64,000 nucleotides of DNA from Squalus acanthias (Eukaryota). The notes under the pieces are model-generated. The model did not search any database, was not told the DNA's origin, and saw nothing but the letters and a program-made list of their open reading frames with translations. The stretch spans positions 98,024,001 to 98,088,000 of the forward strand of contig CM059432.1 in NCBI GenBank assembly GCA_030390025.1, in the 5' to 3' direction. Within the stretch, counting starts at the first letter, position 1; every line of letters starts with the position of its first letter. Of the stretch, positions 1 through 11,542 are shown piece by piece. The position numbers and the translations under genes were made by a program.

Positions 1-949
1 TGGCCAGCAGACAGAGCTGAAAGAATAAAAGATGTTGGTATCCTCATACGTTATCCTCCTTCTCACATCTAACTTTCCCCTCATTCCACAATATCTTCTG
101 ATGTACTATCAGCACATGGTGTAAGCATTCAGCTCTTGCTTTCCCACCCTCCCCTCATCACAACCCTGCCCGTGAGCCTTCCTCATTTCAGACACCCAAG
201 AAATACAGCCTGCCCAGCCAGTGGTTGACCAAAAAGAGGAGAGGAGAGTGAAGGAGAAAAACACCGTCCATCACTCGATTTGACACTCCCAGCCACCAGC
301 TCCTCGAGGTCATCCTGCAAGGCTATCTGCAGTGTCCCCCACTGAAAGTCAGCAGCCTTCCCATCAGCCATGCTGCAGCCGCTGGGGTAGCACTGTGTAA
401 CAGTATTATGATAGGCAAAGGCACACACACAAGACAGTCACTAAGGGAATGCATAAGGGTGCTGAGTTGATTTTTTAATGTAATATTGGATACATATATG
501 GATAAAGTTGGATTGAAAAGTTTGCATTGTGGTGGTTTTTATTTCAGTATTGTGGCCAACAGGACGCTGTGATGGTCAGTAACAGAGGGAAGGTAAGGTG
601 TGGGACCAATGTTGAAAGGGGAATTGGGATTGTGATCACTGGTACTGCAGGTGGATGATTCCATCTTGGATATCCCAGCTAAAAAGGGGCTGTCTGGTTT
701 GCATCCTTCCTTCTGCTTCCTCCTCTTCTGCTTCCTCTTCTTCTGCTTTCTCCTTTTCTGTTTCCTCCTCTTCTGCTTCTTCCTCTTCCCTCTGTGAGCA
801 GCTTGTCCCCTTTGCTGCCTCTGCTTCATCTCTATGTGATTTTGCAGCCCGAGGGGGACTACAAGTAGAACCCCCAAGACTGTGAGCAAGTGGTCTTCTG
901 AGGGGCATTCCTTTAACATCCAACAACTTTTTAAATGTATTGTACCAAG

Positions 950-3160
950 GCAATTACAAAGGTATGAGGAGAGAGTTGGCTAAAGAGGACTGGGAAAATA
1001 GATTAGAAGGTAAGATGGTAGAAAAGCAGTGGCAGACATTTACAGAGATATTTCATGACTCTCAACAAAGATCTATTTCAGTGAGAAAGAAAGACTCAAA
1101 GAGAAGGATGAACCAAGCATAGCTAACCAAGGAAGTTAAGGATGGTATCAAATTGAAAGAAAAGGCATACAATGTTGCAAAGATTAGTGGTAGGCCAGAA
1201 GATTAGGAACATTTTAGAAATCAGCAAAGGATGAATAAAAAAATAATAAAGAGGGAGAAAATAGCTTATGAGAGTAAACTAGCAAGAAATATAAAAACTG
1301 ACAGTAAGAGCTTCTACAAGTATATAAAAAGGAAGAGAGTAGCTAAAGTAAACGTTGGTCCCTTAGAGGACGAGACTGGGGAAATAATAATGGGAAACAA
1401 GGAAATGGCGCAGGCATTGAACAAATATTTTGTATCTGTCTTCACAGTAGAGGACACTAAAAACATCCCAGGAATAGTAGAAAATCAAGGAGCAAAAGGG
1501 AGGGAGGAACTTAAAACAATCACTATCACTAGAGAAAAAGTGTTAGGCAAACTTATGGGTCTAAAGGCTAACAAGTCCCCTGGGCCTGATGGCCTGCATC
1601 CTAGGGTCTTAAAAGAAGTGGCTACAGAGATAGTAGATACATTGGTTGTAATCTTCCATAATTCCCTTGAATCTGGAAAAGTCCCAACGGATTGGAAAAC
1701 CGCAAATGTAATGCCCTTATTCAAAAAAGGAGGGAGACAGAAAACAGGAAACTATAGGCCAGTTAGCCTAACATCTGTCATTGGCAAAATGCTTGAATCC
1801 ATTATTAAGGAAGTAGTAGCAGGGCATCTAAAAAATCATAATACAATCAAACAGAGTCAACATGGTTTTATGAAAGGGAAATCGTGTTTGACAAATCTAT
1901 TAGAGTTCTTTGAGGAGGTAACGGGCAGGGTGGATAAAGGGGAACCAGTAGATGTAGTGTATTTGGATTTCCAAAAGGCATTCGACAAGGTGCCACATAA
2001 AAGGTTACTGCATAAGATAAGAGCTCATGATGTTGGGGGTAATATATTAGATTGGATAGAGGATTGGCTAACTAACAGAAAACAAAGAGTCAGGATAAAT
2101 GGTTCATTTTCAGGATGGCAATCTGTAACTAGTGGGGTGCCACAGGGATCAGTGCTGGGGCCTCAACTATTTTCAATCTATATTAATGACTTGGATGAAG
2201 GGACCGAGTGTATTATAGCCAAATTTGCAGACGATACAAAGATAGGTGGGAAAGCAAGTTGTGAGGAGGTCATAAAGAGTCTGCAAAGGGATATAGATAG
2301 GTTAAGTGAGTGGGCAAGAATTTGGCAGATGGAGTATAATGTGGGAAAATGTGAAGTTATCCACTTTGGTAGAAATAGAAAAGAAAGATATTATTTAAAT
2401 GGAGAAAGACTATGGAATGCAGCAGTACAGAGAGATTTGGGTGTCCTTGCACATGAAACACAAACAGTTAACATGCAGGTGCAGCAAGTAATTAGGAAGG
2501 CAAATGGAATGTTGGCCTTTATTTCAAGGGGGATAGAGTATAAAAGTAGGGAAGTCTTGCTACAACTGTACAGGGCGCTGGTGAGACCACACCTAGAGTA
2601 CTGCGTACAGTTTTGGTCCCCTTATTTAAGGAGGGATATACTTGCATTGGAGGGAGTTCAGAGAAGGTTCACTAGGTTGATTCCTGGGATGGAAGGGTTG
2701 TCTTATGATGAAAGCTTCAGCAGGTTGGGCCTATACTCATTGGAGTTCAGAAGAATGAGAGGTGATCTTATTGAAACATATAAGATTCTGAGGGGGTTGG
2801 ACAGGGTAGATGCTGAGAGGATGTTTCCCCTCGTGGGGGAATGTAGAATGAGGGGGCATAGTCTCAGAAAAAGGGATCGGCCATTTAAGACAGAGATGAG
2901 GAGGAATTTCTTCTCTCAGAGGGTCATGAATCTTTGGAATTCTTTACCCCAGAGAGCTGTGAAAGCTGAGTCATTGAATATATTCACGGCTGAGATAGAC
3001 AGATTTTTGAGCAACAGAGGAGTCAAGGGTTATGGGGAACGGGCAGGAAAGTGGAGTTGAGGTCAAAAACGGATCAGCCATGATCTCATTAAATTGCAGT
3101 GCAGGCTCGAGGGGCCGAATGGCCTGCTCCTGCTCCTAGTTCTTATGTTCTTATATTCTT
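950..3160 (+). mobile_element. CR1 LINE, 5'-truncated
   Basis: CR1 ORF2-like sequence with a 3' UTR ending in ggccgaatggcctgctcctgctcct and a short TTCTTA(T)-type tail. AAG is present at both 947-949 and 3161-3163. Confidence 0.95.
1231..3060 (+). CDS. CR1 ORF2 reverse transcriptase and C-terminal domain (609 aa open, no endonuclease domain)
   Basis: Motifs KSPGPDG, NYRPVSLTS, QHGF, YLDFQKAFDKV, GVPQGSVLGP, KFADD, RPHLEYCVQFWSP. In-frame stops lie upstream (about 1120 and 1205). Confidence 0.93.
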   Translation: MNKKIIKREKIAYESKLARNIKTDSKSFYKYIKRKRVAKVNVGPLEDETGEIIMGNKEMAQALNKYFVSVFTVEDTKNIPGIVENQGAKGREELKTITITREKVLGKLMGLKANKSPGPDGLHPRVLKEVATEIVDTLVVIFHNSLESGKVPTDWKTANVMPLFKKGGRQKTGNYRPVSLTSVIGKMLESIIKEVVAGHLKNHNTIKQSQHGFMKGKSCLTNLLEFFEEVTGRVDKGEPVDVVYLDFQKAFDKVPHKRLLHKIRAHDVGGNILDWIEDWLTNRKQRVRINGSFSGWQSVTSGVPQGSVLGPQLFSIYINDLDEGTECIIAKFADDTKIGGKASCEEVIKSLQRDIDRLSEWARIWQMEYNVGKCEVIHFGRNRKERYYLNGERLWNAAVQRDLGVLAHETQTVNMQVQQVIRKANGMLAFISRGIEYKSREVLLQLYRALVRPHLEYCVQFWSPYLRRDILALEGVQRRFTRLIPGMEGLSYDESFSRLGLYSLEFRRMRGDLIETYKILRGLDRVDAERMFPLVGECRMRGHSLRKRDRPFKTEMRRNFFSQRVMNLWNSLPQRAVKAESLNIFTAEIDRFLSNRGVKGYGERAGKWS

Positions 3161-4259
3161 AAGCTACTACTTCAATAAAATATTAAAACAAAACACTCCA
3201 GTAACCCAATTCCCCATTCAACATTTGTCCCACACCTTACCTTACCTTTGTTAGACCTAGGATGTTGATTTGTTCTTCAAGCCTTGGATGAAGATGGCCT
3301 TGTTTGCGATAGAGCTGACATTTTGTAGGGCAGTGCAGAGAGGGTGAATGGAGGCTCATTGGGGGACTCACTTAGGGATAAGGGTGGTATGAAGTATGTA
3401 ACAAAATAGCATTGATAAACATTGGGACCCAAAAAGGGTTCCATTGAACTTTTTAAGGGTGCTGAAGAATACTGAATACATTTTTAACATCTTTTGGGGT
3501 TCAGACCATGGCTGTGGGCCTGTCATTCCAGGATAACTGTCAGATGTACCTGCCGGGAACCTCCATTCTCCACCCTGCCAGGTTCCCTCATCTAAATATG
3601 GCCAGCGAGTGCCCACACTATTAGGGGCACATCCCAGGTGCCTCCTTGAATAAGAAGGCCAGTAATTTCAGAAGAGGGTGCCTGCTCCAGAAAGGGGGCA
3701 GGGTAAGGTAGGTCCTCACATCCCCCAGGGAGAATACACTCAATGCCGCATAGGCCCCCTTTTTAAGGGGGCTGAATAATACAGAAGAATTTTTTTAACA
3801 GCTTTGGAGGTTCAGACCTTAGCCTAGGTTGGACGCCTAGATGGATCCCACACAAACACTGACCAGCAGGCCAGTACCCTTCCTGTAACTTAGGATACTG
3901 GCTTGCTGCTGATCCACTAGGCCAGGAACAACTGGGCAGGGAATCCCAGAAACTAGCCATGCCACCTTTAACACAGGAGGCCATGTCTGGGGCAGACAGA
4001 AGTACTGCCTCAAATAAGGCCCCTCAAAAACTGGAGGCCAAGACCAGCATCTGGAATATTCAGGTGCCAGCCTAATTCCTAGCTCTTCAATTACACTCCT
4101 GTTGGACGTATAACCGTAGTACACCAGAAGGCCAGTGAATCTTCAGCCCCAGGAAATTTGTATATTGTCAAGTAACACCAGATTTTGAGTAAAATTTTAA
4201 GCAACAGTGTAAATGAAACCAGTGAAGCCAAAATTGATATGCATTCAGTGTAGCATTAA

Positions 4260-4690
4260 GGGCTGGACATTCCCCTCGAGCCCCGTTTGGGAGTGCCGGG
4301 CTGACCGATCACGGCACAGACCTCGTGTCCGGTGCAAAAAAAACATTTTTCAAAAAAGCCGACATTTTTTTCAGGGCGGGCCGGCCACCTCACCTTTAAC
4401 TTCCGCCTCGCTAGCGGCCGACCGCCCTGCTCATGTCCCCTGCAGCAGCCGCTGCCATTGCCCGGCGCTGCTGCAGGGGGCGAAGGGTAATTTTTCTACC
4501 GGGGCGATGCACCCGGAGATGACGTCATGATCTCTGGATGCATGAGATCGGGGTGCAACCCGATAGCACCGCCGCTAACCTGCCGCGGAATTTGGCGGGA
4601 GGCGCGGTCAGCGCCGTTGCCGGGCGAAAAGGCCTTTGCGCCCCATTAGCGTCCCCCATGGGAGGCGCAAAGGAGGGGAATTTCTCCCCC
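4260..4690. mobile_element. Harbinger-type MITE (GC-rich)
   Basis: TIRs gggctggacattcccctc / gaggggaatttctccccc, with TAA on both sides (4257-4259, 4691-4693). Confidence 0.85.
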
Positions 4691-5448
4691 TAAATGTCTA
4701 AAGTGCCTTTACAACTGACAGCCTGAAGATAGGCCCCTTGGCTCCTTAGCTGTCTACACCTCCCATTTCCATACAAATTCATGAGCACATGCAACTTTCA
4801 CTAGCAAATTCCAGCATTTCCAAGATACAACGTTCAACCCAGTACTTAATCATGTTTAGAATTCTTTGGCCAATTTAATTTGCATATTAAGTAGATAGTG
4901 CTTTTCTCTGTATCCCTCAATGTATGAGTTTTCTCCTCTATTCTGGCAACTTAATCAGCAAGGGCACAACACTGATTGCATTTGAGGATGCCAACCACAG
5001 AAAAAAAACCTTACAAAACACAATACTGCATTTCAATCTTGTTACAGTACCATTTTGTAAATGCCTGCGCTTTCTCGTATCTGTTGTAATGTCCTGCTTT
5101 CATTCAATAAAGAAAAATGCCTCAGAGTAAAGCAGACAAAATCTCCAAACAGTGTAAAGGTTATTAAAAAGGATGAAGGGCAGTTCCAATTTTGGCCACA
5201 GTACAACAAGTTATCATATGCTACAGATTCACACCCGCTACAAAACAAAAGGGTGTTATATTTGGGAGGACACATTATGAGTTAGATTTTTCTTAGCACA
5301 GTGAAACAAGAATTCATGTTTTTAGTTTCTTTTAGCACAGTTACAGAAAGAAACAACTGTACTCTGCTGTCTTTGTGATTGGAGAAGTTACACAATTAAG
5401 GAGCTAACCAGAATGTACATGTAATAATGCTGCTAAATCACCTATTAG

Positions 5449-5735
5449 TAGGGTTGCCAACTCTTGTGAGACATATTCCTGGAATGTGAACGGATTCTTC
5501 ATTACCTGATTGGATGATTCCTAACTGTCAGTCAAACAACCTTTCCACCCCCCACCTCCATCTCCAATATCTTTCTAACTAATAAACAAAAGTGTTCAAA
5601 GAAAATTTAAAGACCACAAACTTGTTTTTTAATATTGCTCTGATTTTTCTCTTGTTTTGCTGGCCGCAGTGTCCAGGAGATTTGTCTTTAATTTTTGGAG
5701 ACTCTAGGACTATCTCGGAGGGTTCACAACCCCTA
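5449..5735. mobile_element. hAT-type MITE
   Basis: Termini tagggttgcc...caacccta-like, with a perfect 8-bp TSD CCTATTAG (5441-5448, 5736-5743). Confidence 0.9.
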
Positions 5736-6321
5736 CCTATTAGTCATCCAAATGGGCACACGACGGTATTGATAGCCCATAGTCAGTCAATCCAGCTGTG
5801 GACTATGCAAATTTCAACAATCGTAGAGCAAATAAGTTTACAAATAGCCACACTGATGAGGTCTTGTTGATTATTGGGTACAGTGTAAGAGAATGTTGAA
5901 AAGCCCTCTTTTGTGTGAAAGGTCACTCATAAATACAGGGACCAGCAACCATGGGAAGTGATGTCTGCTACCTGCCGCACAAAGAAGGGAGCAAGCTAAG
6001 AATGTAAAAACTTTTGGCTTCAGTAAAGGCCTATCCTTTCACAGTCAATGCCTGACTCCTTGCCCACCCAAGATTTCTAAACTTTCTTCCTGATTCAATC
6101 ATCAAATCTATGGATTGAAATCTGGACAAGCTCCATTATGGGCATGTGATCCCCCCAACTGTGTCCAGGCAATTATTTAGATCTAAGGGCAAAAAACGAA
6201 AATCTTTGTAAAGACTGATGCAAAGAATATTATAGAATGCATGGAGTTCTTCATTTTGACACATCACTCACCAAAGGGGAAGAATTCCACTGTTTACTAT
6301 AATGATGCAATCAGAAACATA

Positions 6322-7024
6322 GGCCAAGAGTTTACTCTTTCGGCGCAATCGGTGATACAGGTGCAAATTGCGCTCAAAATTGCGTTCGTTTTCAGAAATT
6401 TTTTTTTGCTCAAGTTTCTTCTCAAACTCATTTGCATATCAGCAAACGTAAAATCTGTCATGAACCAGTACAATTGGGCAACGTTTTAGAATGTAATTTA
6501 AAATAACAATTGCGTTAAAAAATATTCCTTGATATATTTAAGAGTGGTAACCTGGGACAGTTTTATTCATATAGCTGAAAATGAATTTATCACAAAAAAT
6601 AAGCAGAGTATCTAGTCCACCATCTGTGAATAGCTTGATTTCAAATAACTGAAAATTACCTTAAAAATCTATACAGAACCATTTACTGTACATTGGTGTA
6701 CAGTAGTCGGTTTCTTAGTAACTTAAAACATTTTTTTTAAACATGCCTATCAGTATCCTTACGCCTAAAAAAAGCGTAATTTTTCTAGCCTTCAATTCGC
6801 AGAAACTCGCCATGGTGATTAATTTGATCTGGGGGTGTGGCCAGTTTTGTGGGCGGGGTCGGCTTCCAGCACGATGTTATTTAAACCAGCGCAAAAGATC
6901 ACGGAAACTCAATTTTCGCTGAATGTAATTTGCGCTTGAAATTTTGCGATCTTTTGTGCTGGTTTGGCTGATTTCAGGTGAATTGTGCTGAAAAACCAAC
7001 GTAACCTAGTGGAAACTCCAGGCC
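6322..7024. mobile_element. Harbinger-type MITE
   Basis: Imperfect TIRs ggccaagagttt / aaactccaggcc; flanks ATA/ATG (one mismatch). Confidence 0.6.
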
Positions 7025-8132
7025 ATGTAGTCTTTATATGCATGTTTATAATTTAACTAGCAAACAATGGAAATCTTTTGAAAATTTCATGCATTCAGCA
7101 GGAATTCCTTCTTGAATTATTCTCAATGAGGACTATTTGGAGAATGCTATAAGTCGTTTACCTATCACCTTGATTAGAACATATTGATGTTTTAGTGGAA
7201 ATTGGAGAATGTACCTTTTTATGGTGTTTCAGGGACAAGCTGGGAACTAAATTCAGTAGAGTTGATTATGTTTATATTTGAATATAGCCGCAAAATGCAC
7301 AGTGGAGAATAAGGAGTAGCACCGACCTTTTTTGTTGCAACTTGGTTGTCTGAAACATGGAGTTGAACTACTTTACCTGCAAGATGAACTTCACCAGCAT
7401 GAGTATTTAATTAACCTGCTTCACTTACTTAGATGTTGTGATTTCTGCATGAGCTAAATTAATGCCATACACCTTCTGCTCCTATTGGCTTGGGCATTTC
7501 AGCTGCTCTCATTCCCACAGAAATGAAGTGGATGTAAATGATTTATAAAAGAAACACTTGATTGTAACCTCCGTCCACTACTGAACAATACAAAAAATAG
7601 GCTCAAAAAGAAAACTCACAAAATTTCATTCGAGGGAGAGTTCATGTCATTGAAATTAATAATTCTGTTAAGATTGATTACATCCTGTCAAAACTATTGA
7701 ACTGAATTTTTGAACCGGCTGTTAGGAGGCAGCTACATTTTTTTCCTACCTAGTTCAGTTATAGCATGTCACCAGGTCAGTTTAGCAAGTTACTTGCAGC
7801 CCTAGTGATGGTTTCCAGGTTTTCATCACTGCAGAAAGGTGGATGCCTATATTTTCACATATAATCCTGCTGGTCATCACATCCATACTGAGCGTTATTC
7901 TTGAATCAACACTTAACTATGTTTTGTGCAGTTCTCACTGTAATGTATTATCACATGGTTTGTCACATGGTTTAGTATGAGCACGCTCAGTTTGCTCTGG
8001 CCTAGTAAACAAGCTCCTTTACTAGCAACTCATCCAGTCTCTGTCCTTCATTTGTTCTACTCACATATATTACACTCACGACTGCTATCATTACATACTT
8101 CAAGGAATGCCATTGTTTCTCTTTTGGATCTC

Positions 8133-9230
8133 TTAGAATCATAGAAAGCTACAGCACGGAAGGAGGCCATTTCGGCCCATCGTGTCCGCGCCGGCCAACA
8201 AAGAGCTATCCAGCCTAATCCCACTTCCCAGCTCTTGGTCCGTAGCACTGCAGGTTACAGCATCCCAAGTGCACGTCCAAGTACTTTTTAAATGTGGTTA
8301 GGGTTTCTGTCTCTACCGCCCTTTCAGGCAGTGAGTTCCAGACCCCCACAACACTCTGGGTGAAGAAATTTCCCCTCAAATCCCCTCTAAACCTTCCACC
8401 AATTACTTTAAACCCGACCCCCCTGGTTTTTGACCCCTCTGCTAAGGGAAATAGGTCCTTTCTATCCACTTTATCTAGGCCCCTCATAATTTTATACACC
8501 TCAATAAGGTCTCCCCTCAGCCTCCTCTGTTCCAAGGAAAACAGACCCAGCCTATCCAGTCTTTCCTCATAGCTAAGATTCTCTACTCCCGGCAACATCC
8601 TTGTAAATCTCCTCTGTACCCTCTCTAGTGCAATCACATCTTTCCTGTAATGTGGTGACCAGAACTGCACGCAGTACTCTAGCTGAGGCCTAACTAGTGT
8701 TTTATACAGTTGAAGCATAACCCCCCTGCTCTTGTATTCTATGCCACGGCTAATAAAGGCAAGCATTCCGTATGCCTTCTTAACCACCTTATCTACTTGG
8801 CCTGCTACCTTCAGGGATCTGTGGACATGCACTCCAAGGTCCCTTTGTTCCTCTACACTACTCAGTGTCCTACCATTTAATGTGTATTCCCTTTCCTTGT
8901 TAGCCCTCCCCAAATGCATTACCTCACACTTCTCCGGATTGAATTCCATTTGCCACTGTTCTGCCCACCTGACCAATTTATTGATATCTTCCTGCAGTCT
9001 ACAGCTTCCTTCTTCAGTATCAACCACACAGCCGATTTTAGTATTATCTGCAAACTTCTTAATCATACCCCCTATATTCAAGTCTAGATCATTGATTTAT
9101 ACCACAAAAAGCAAGGGACCGAGTACTGAGCCCTGCAGAACCCCACTGGAAACAGCCTTCCAGTCACAAAAACACCCATCAACCATTACCCTCTGCTTCT
9201 AGTCTCCGAGCCAGTCTTGAATCCAACTTG
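8133..9230 (-). mobile_element. CR1 LINE 3' fragment
   Basis: ORF 8215-9081 (KFADN, RPQLEYCVQFWSP, RGDLIEVYK), with the CR1 3' tail near 8133-8200. Confidence 0.93.
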
Positions 9231-9364
9231 GGCCAGTTGGATTTGCTCTGCTGAGAGGGAATATCTGGTGGGGACAGTATGACAGAAATTACATTAATGA
9301 ACCAGTTATGGAACAGGTGACTCCAAATGCCAAATGTGCACTTATACTAATTATCCTTTACTTG

Positions 9365-9640
9365 CAAAAAATGCTGGAAATAGTCACTAGGTCAGGCAGT
9401 AGCTGTGGAGAAAGAAAGGTAGGGTTAACGGGCTGGATATTAACAGAGGCGGGGAGGGAATGAGGGTGGGGGTGGGGGGGTGGTAGGTGGTGGGGGCGGG
9501 GGGTGCTGGTATGAGGTCAGGATTCAGATTTTTAACATTTTAACATCCAACCCGCCCATTTTGGGGGGGGGGGGGCGGGGGTTAAAATTCCCCCCAACCT
9601 TTCAGATTTCCAGCATTGCAGTATTTTGCTTTTTGTTTTA
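9365..9640. repeat. Penelope-derived palindromic short repeat (degenerate), interrupted by a MITE
   Basis: aaatgctggaaat...caggcag...tgtggagaaagaaa and ttcagatttccagcattgcagtatttt, the same family as 42963-43150. Confidence 0.6.
9430..9595. mobile_element. Very short G-rich Harbinger-type MITE
   Basis: TIRs gggctggatattaac / gttaaaattcccccc; TSD AAC (9427-9429, 9596-9598). Confidence 0.75.
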
Positions 9641-9656
9641 GCCTTTATCATAGCTC

Positions 9657-11540
9657 TTTAGAATGATACAGCAAAAAAGGAGGCTATTCGGCCCATTGTG
9701 CTTGTATCGCCTCTTTGGTAGAGCTATCCACTCACCTGCTCTTTCCCCATGGCCCTGTAATTTTTTCCCTTCAATTATTTATCCAATTCTCTTTTGAATG
9801 CTACTATTGAATCTGCTTCCACCACCCTTTCAGGCAGTGCATTCCAGATCACAACAGCTCACTGTGCAATAAAATGTTTCCTCATGTCACCGCTGGTTCT
9901 TTTGCCAATCACCTTATATCTGTGTCCTCTGGTTACCGACCCTTCTGCCACTGGAAACAGTTTCTCTTTATTTAGTCTATCAAAACCATTCATGATTTTG
10001 AACACCTCGATCAAATCTCCTCTTAACCTTCTCTGCTCTAAGGAGAGAAACCCAGCTTCTCCAGTCTCTCCACATAACTGAAGTCCCTCATCCCTGGTAC
10101 CATTCTGGTAAATCTCTTCTGCACCCTCTCTAAGGCCTTAACATCTTTCTTTAAGTGTAGTGCCCAGAATTGAATACAATACTCCAGCTGAGGCCTAACC
10201 AGTGTTTTATAAAGGTTTAGCATAACTTCCTTGCTTTTGCACTCTATTCCTCTATTAATAAAATCAAAGATCCCATGTGCTTTTTTAACCGTATTCTCAA
10301 CTTGTCCTGGCACCTCCAAAGATTCGTGTCATACACCCCTTTTAAAATTGTATCATTTAGGTCATATTGCCGCTCCTCATTCTTCCTACCAAAATGTATC
10401 ACTTCATACTCCTCCGCGTTAAATTTCATCTGCCATGAATCTGCCCATTTTACCAGTCTGTCTATGTCTTCCTGAAGTCTGTTATTATCCTTCTCATTGT
10501 TTACTACATTTCCTAGTTTCATATCATTTGCAAGCTTTGAAATTATGTCCTGCATACCCAAGTCCAGGTTATTAACATATATCAAAAAGAGCAGTGATCC
10601 TAATACCAACTCCTGGGCAACACCACTTTATGCCTCCCTCTAGTCTGAAAATCAACCATTCACCACTACTCTGCTTTCTGTTACTCATCCAATTCTGTAT
10701 CCATGCTGACACTGCCCCTTTAATCCCATGGGTTTTAACTTTGCAAACAAGTCTATTATGTGGTACTTTGTCAAACGCCTTTTGAAAGTCCATACACATA
10801 TTAACCGTAGTACCCTCATCAATCATCTCCATTACTTCATCAATGAACTCGATCAAGTTAATCAAACGTGACTTGCCTTTAACAAATCCATGCTGACTTT
10901 CATTTATTAACCCATACTTTTCCAAATGCCAATTTTGTCCCGGATAATTGTCTCTACAAATTTCAACACCACCAATGTTAGGCTGACTGGCCTGTAGTTG
11001 CCGAGTTTATCCCTCTTCCCCTTTTTAAACAGAGGTGGAACATTTGCAATCCTCCAGCCCTCTGGCATCACCCCCATATCCAAGGAGGGTTGGAAGATTG
11101 TGGCCAGAGTCTCCATAACTTCCACCCTTAATTCCCTGAGTAACCTAGGATGTTTGTTGACTGCCAACCTTTAAGTACCTCCTCTTTATCTATTTCTATC
11201 CTATCCAATATCGCTACTGCCTCCTCCTTTACAGCTACATTGGCAGCTTCCTCTTTTCTAGTGAAGACGTATACAAAGTACTCATTTAGTACCACAGCCA
11301 TGCCCTCTGCCACCACAAGAATGTCTCCTTATTGGTCCCTAATCGGCCCCACCCTTCCTTTGTCTATTTATGTGTTTATAGAAGACTTTTGGGTTACCTT
11401 TTATGTTAGCCGCTAATCTATTCTCATACTCTCTCTTTGCCCCTCTTATTTCCTTTTTAGATCTCCTCTGTACTTTCTATACTGTAATATGAAGCTTACA
11501 ATTGTCATAAGCCTCCTTTTTCTGTCTGATTTTAAACACT
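9657..11540 (-). mobile_element. CR1 LINE, degraded and frameshifted
   Basis: ORF pieces NYRPVSLTL, QHGFVKGKS, MDFQKAFDKVPH and RPQLEYCIQFW across several frames. Confidence 0.92.
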
Positions 11541-11542
11541 AT

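Larger units (their letters stand above)
1..3190. mobile_element. Non-autonomous Harbinger-type element, copy 1 (left end outside the window), interrupted by a CR1
   Basis: Bases 1-946 align by eye with 14722-15470 plus 16400-16480, and in reverse complement with about 47520-48460. The sequence resumes at 3161 (aagctactacttcaataaaatatt), matching 16480-16505. Confidence 0.8.

Noticed and set aside
539..919. Lys/Arg-rich (KQKRR)n ORF resembling a protamine-like protein, also at 47591-47995
   Set aside because: It is an alternative frame of the GAR repeat inside a multi-copy transposon derivative.
5042..5275. Possible minus-strand host exon after a ttttgttttgtag acceptor
   Set aside because: No recognisable protein similarity, no matching donor and no neighbouring exons.
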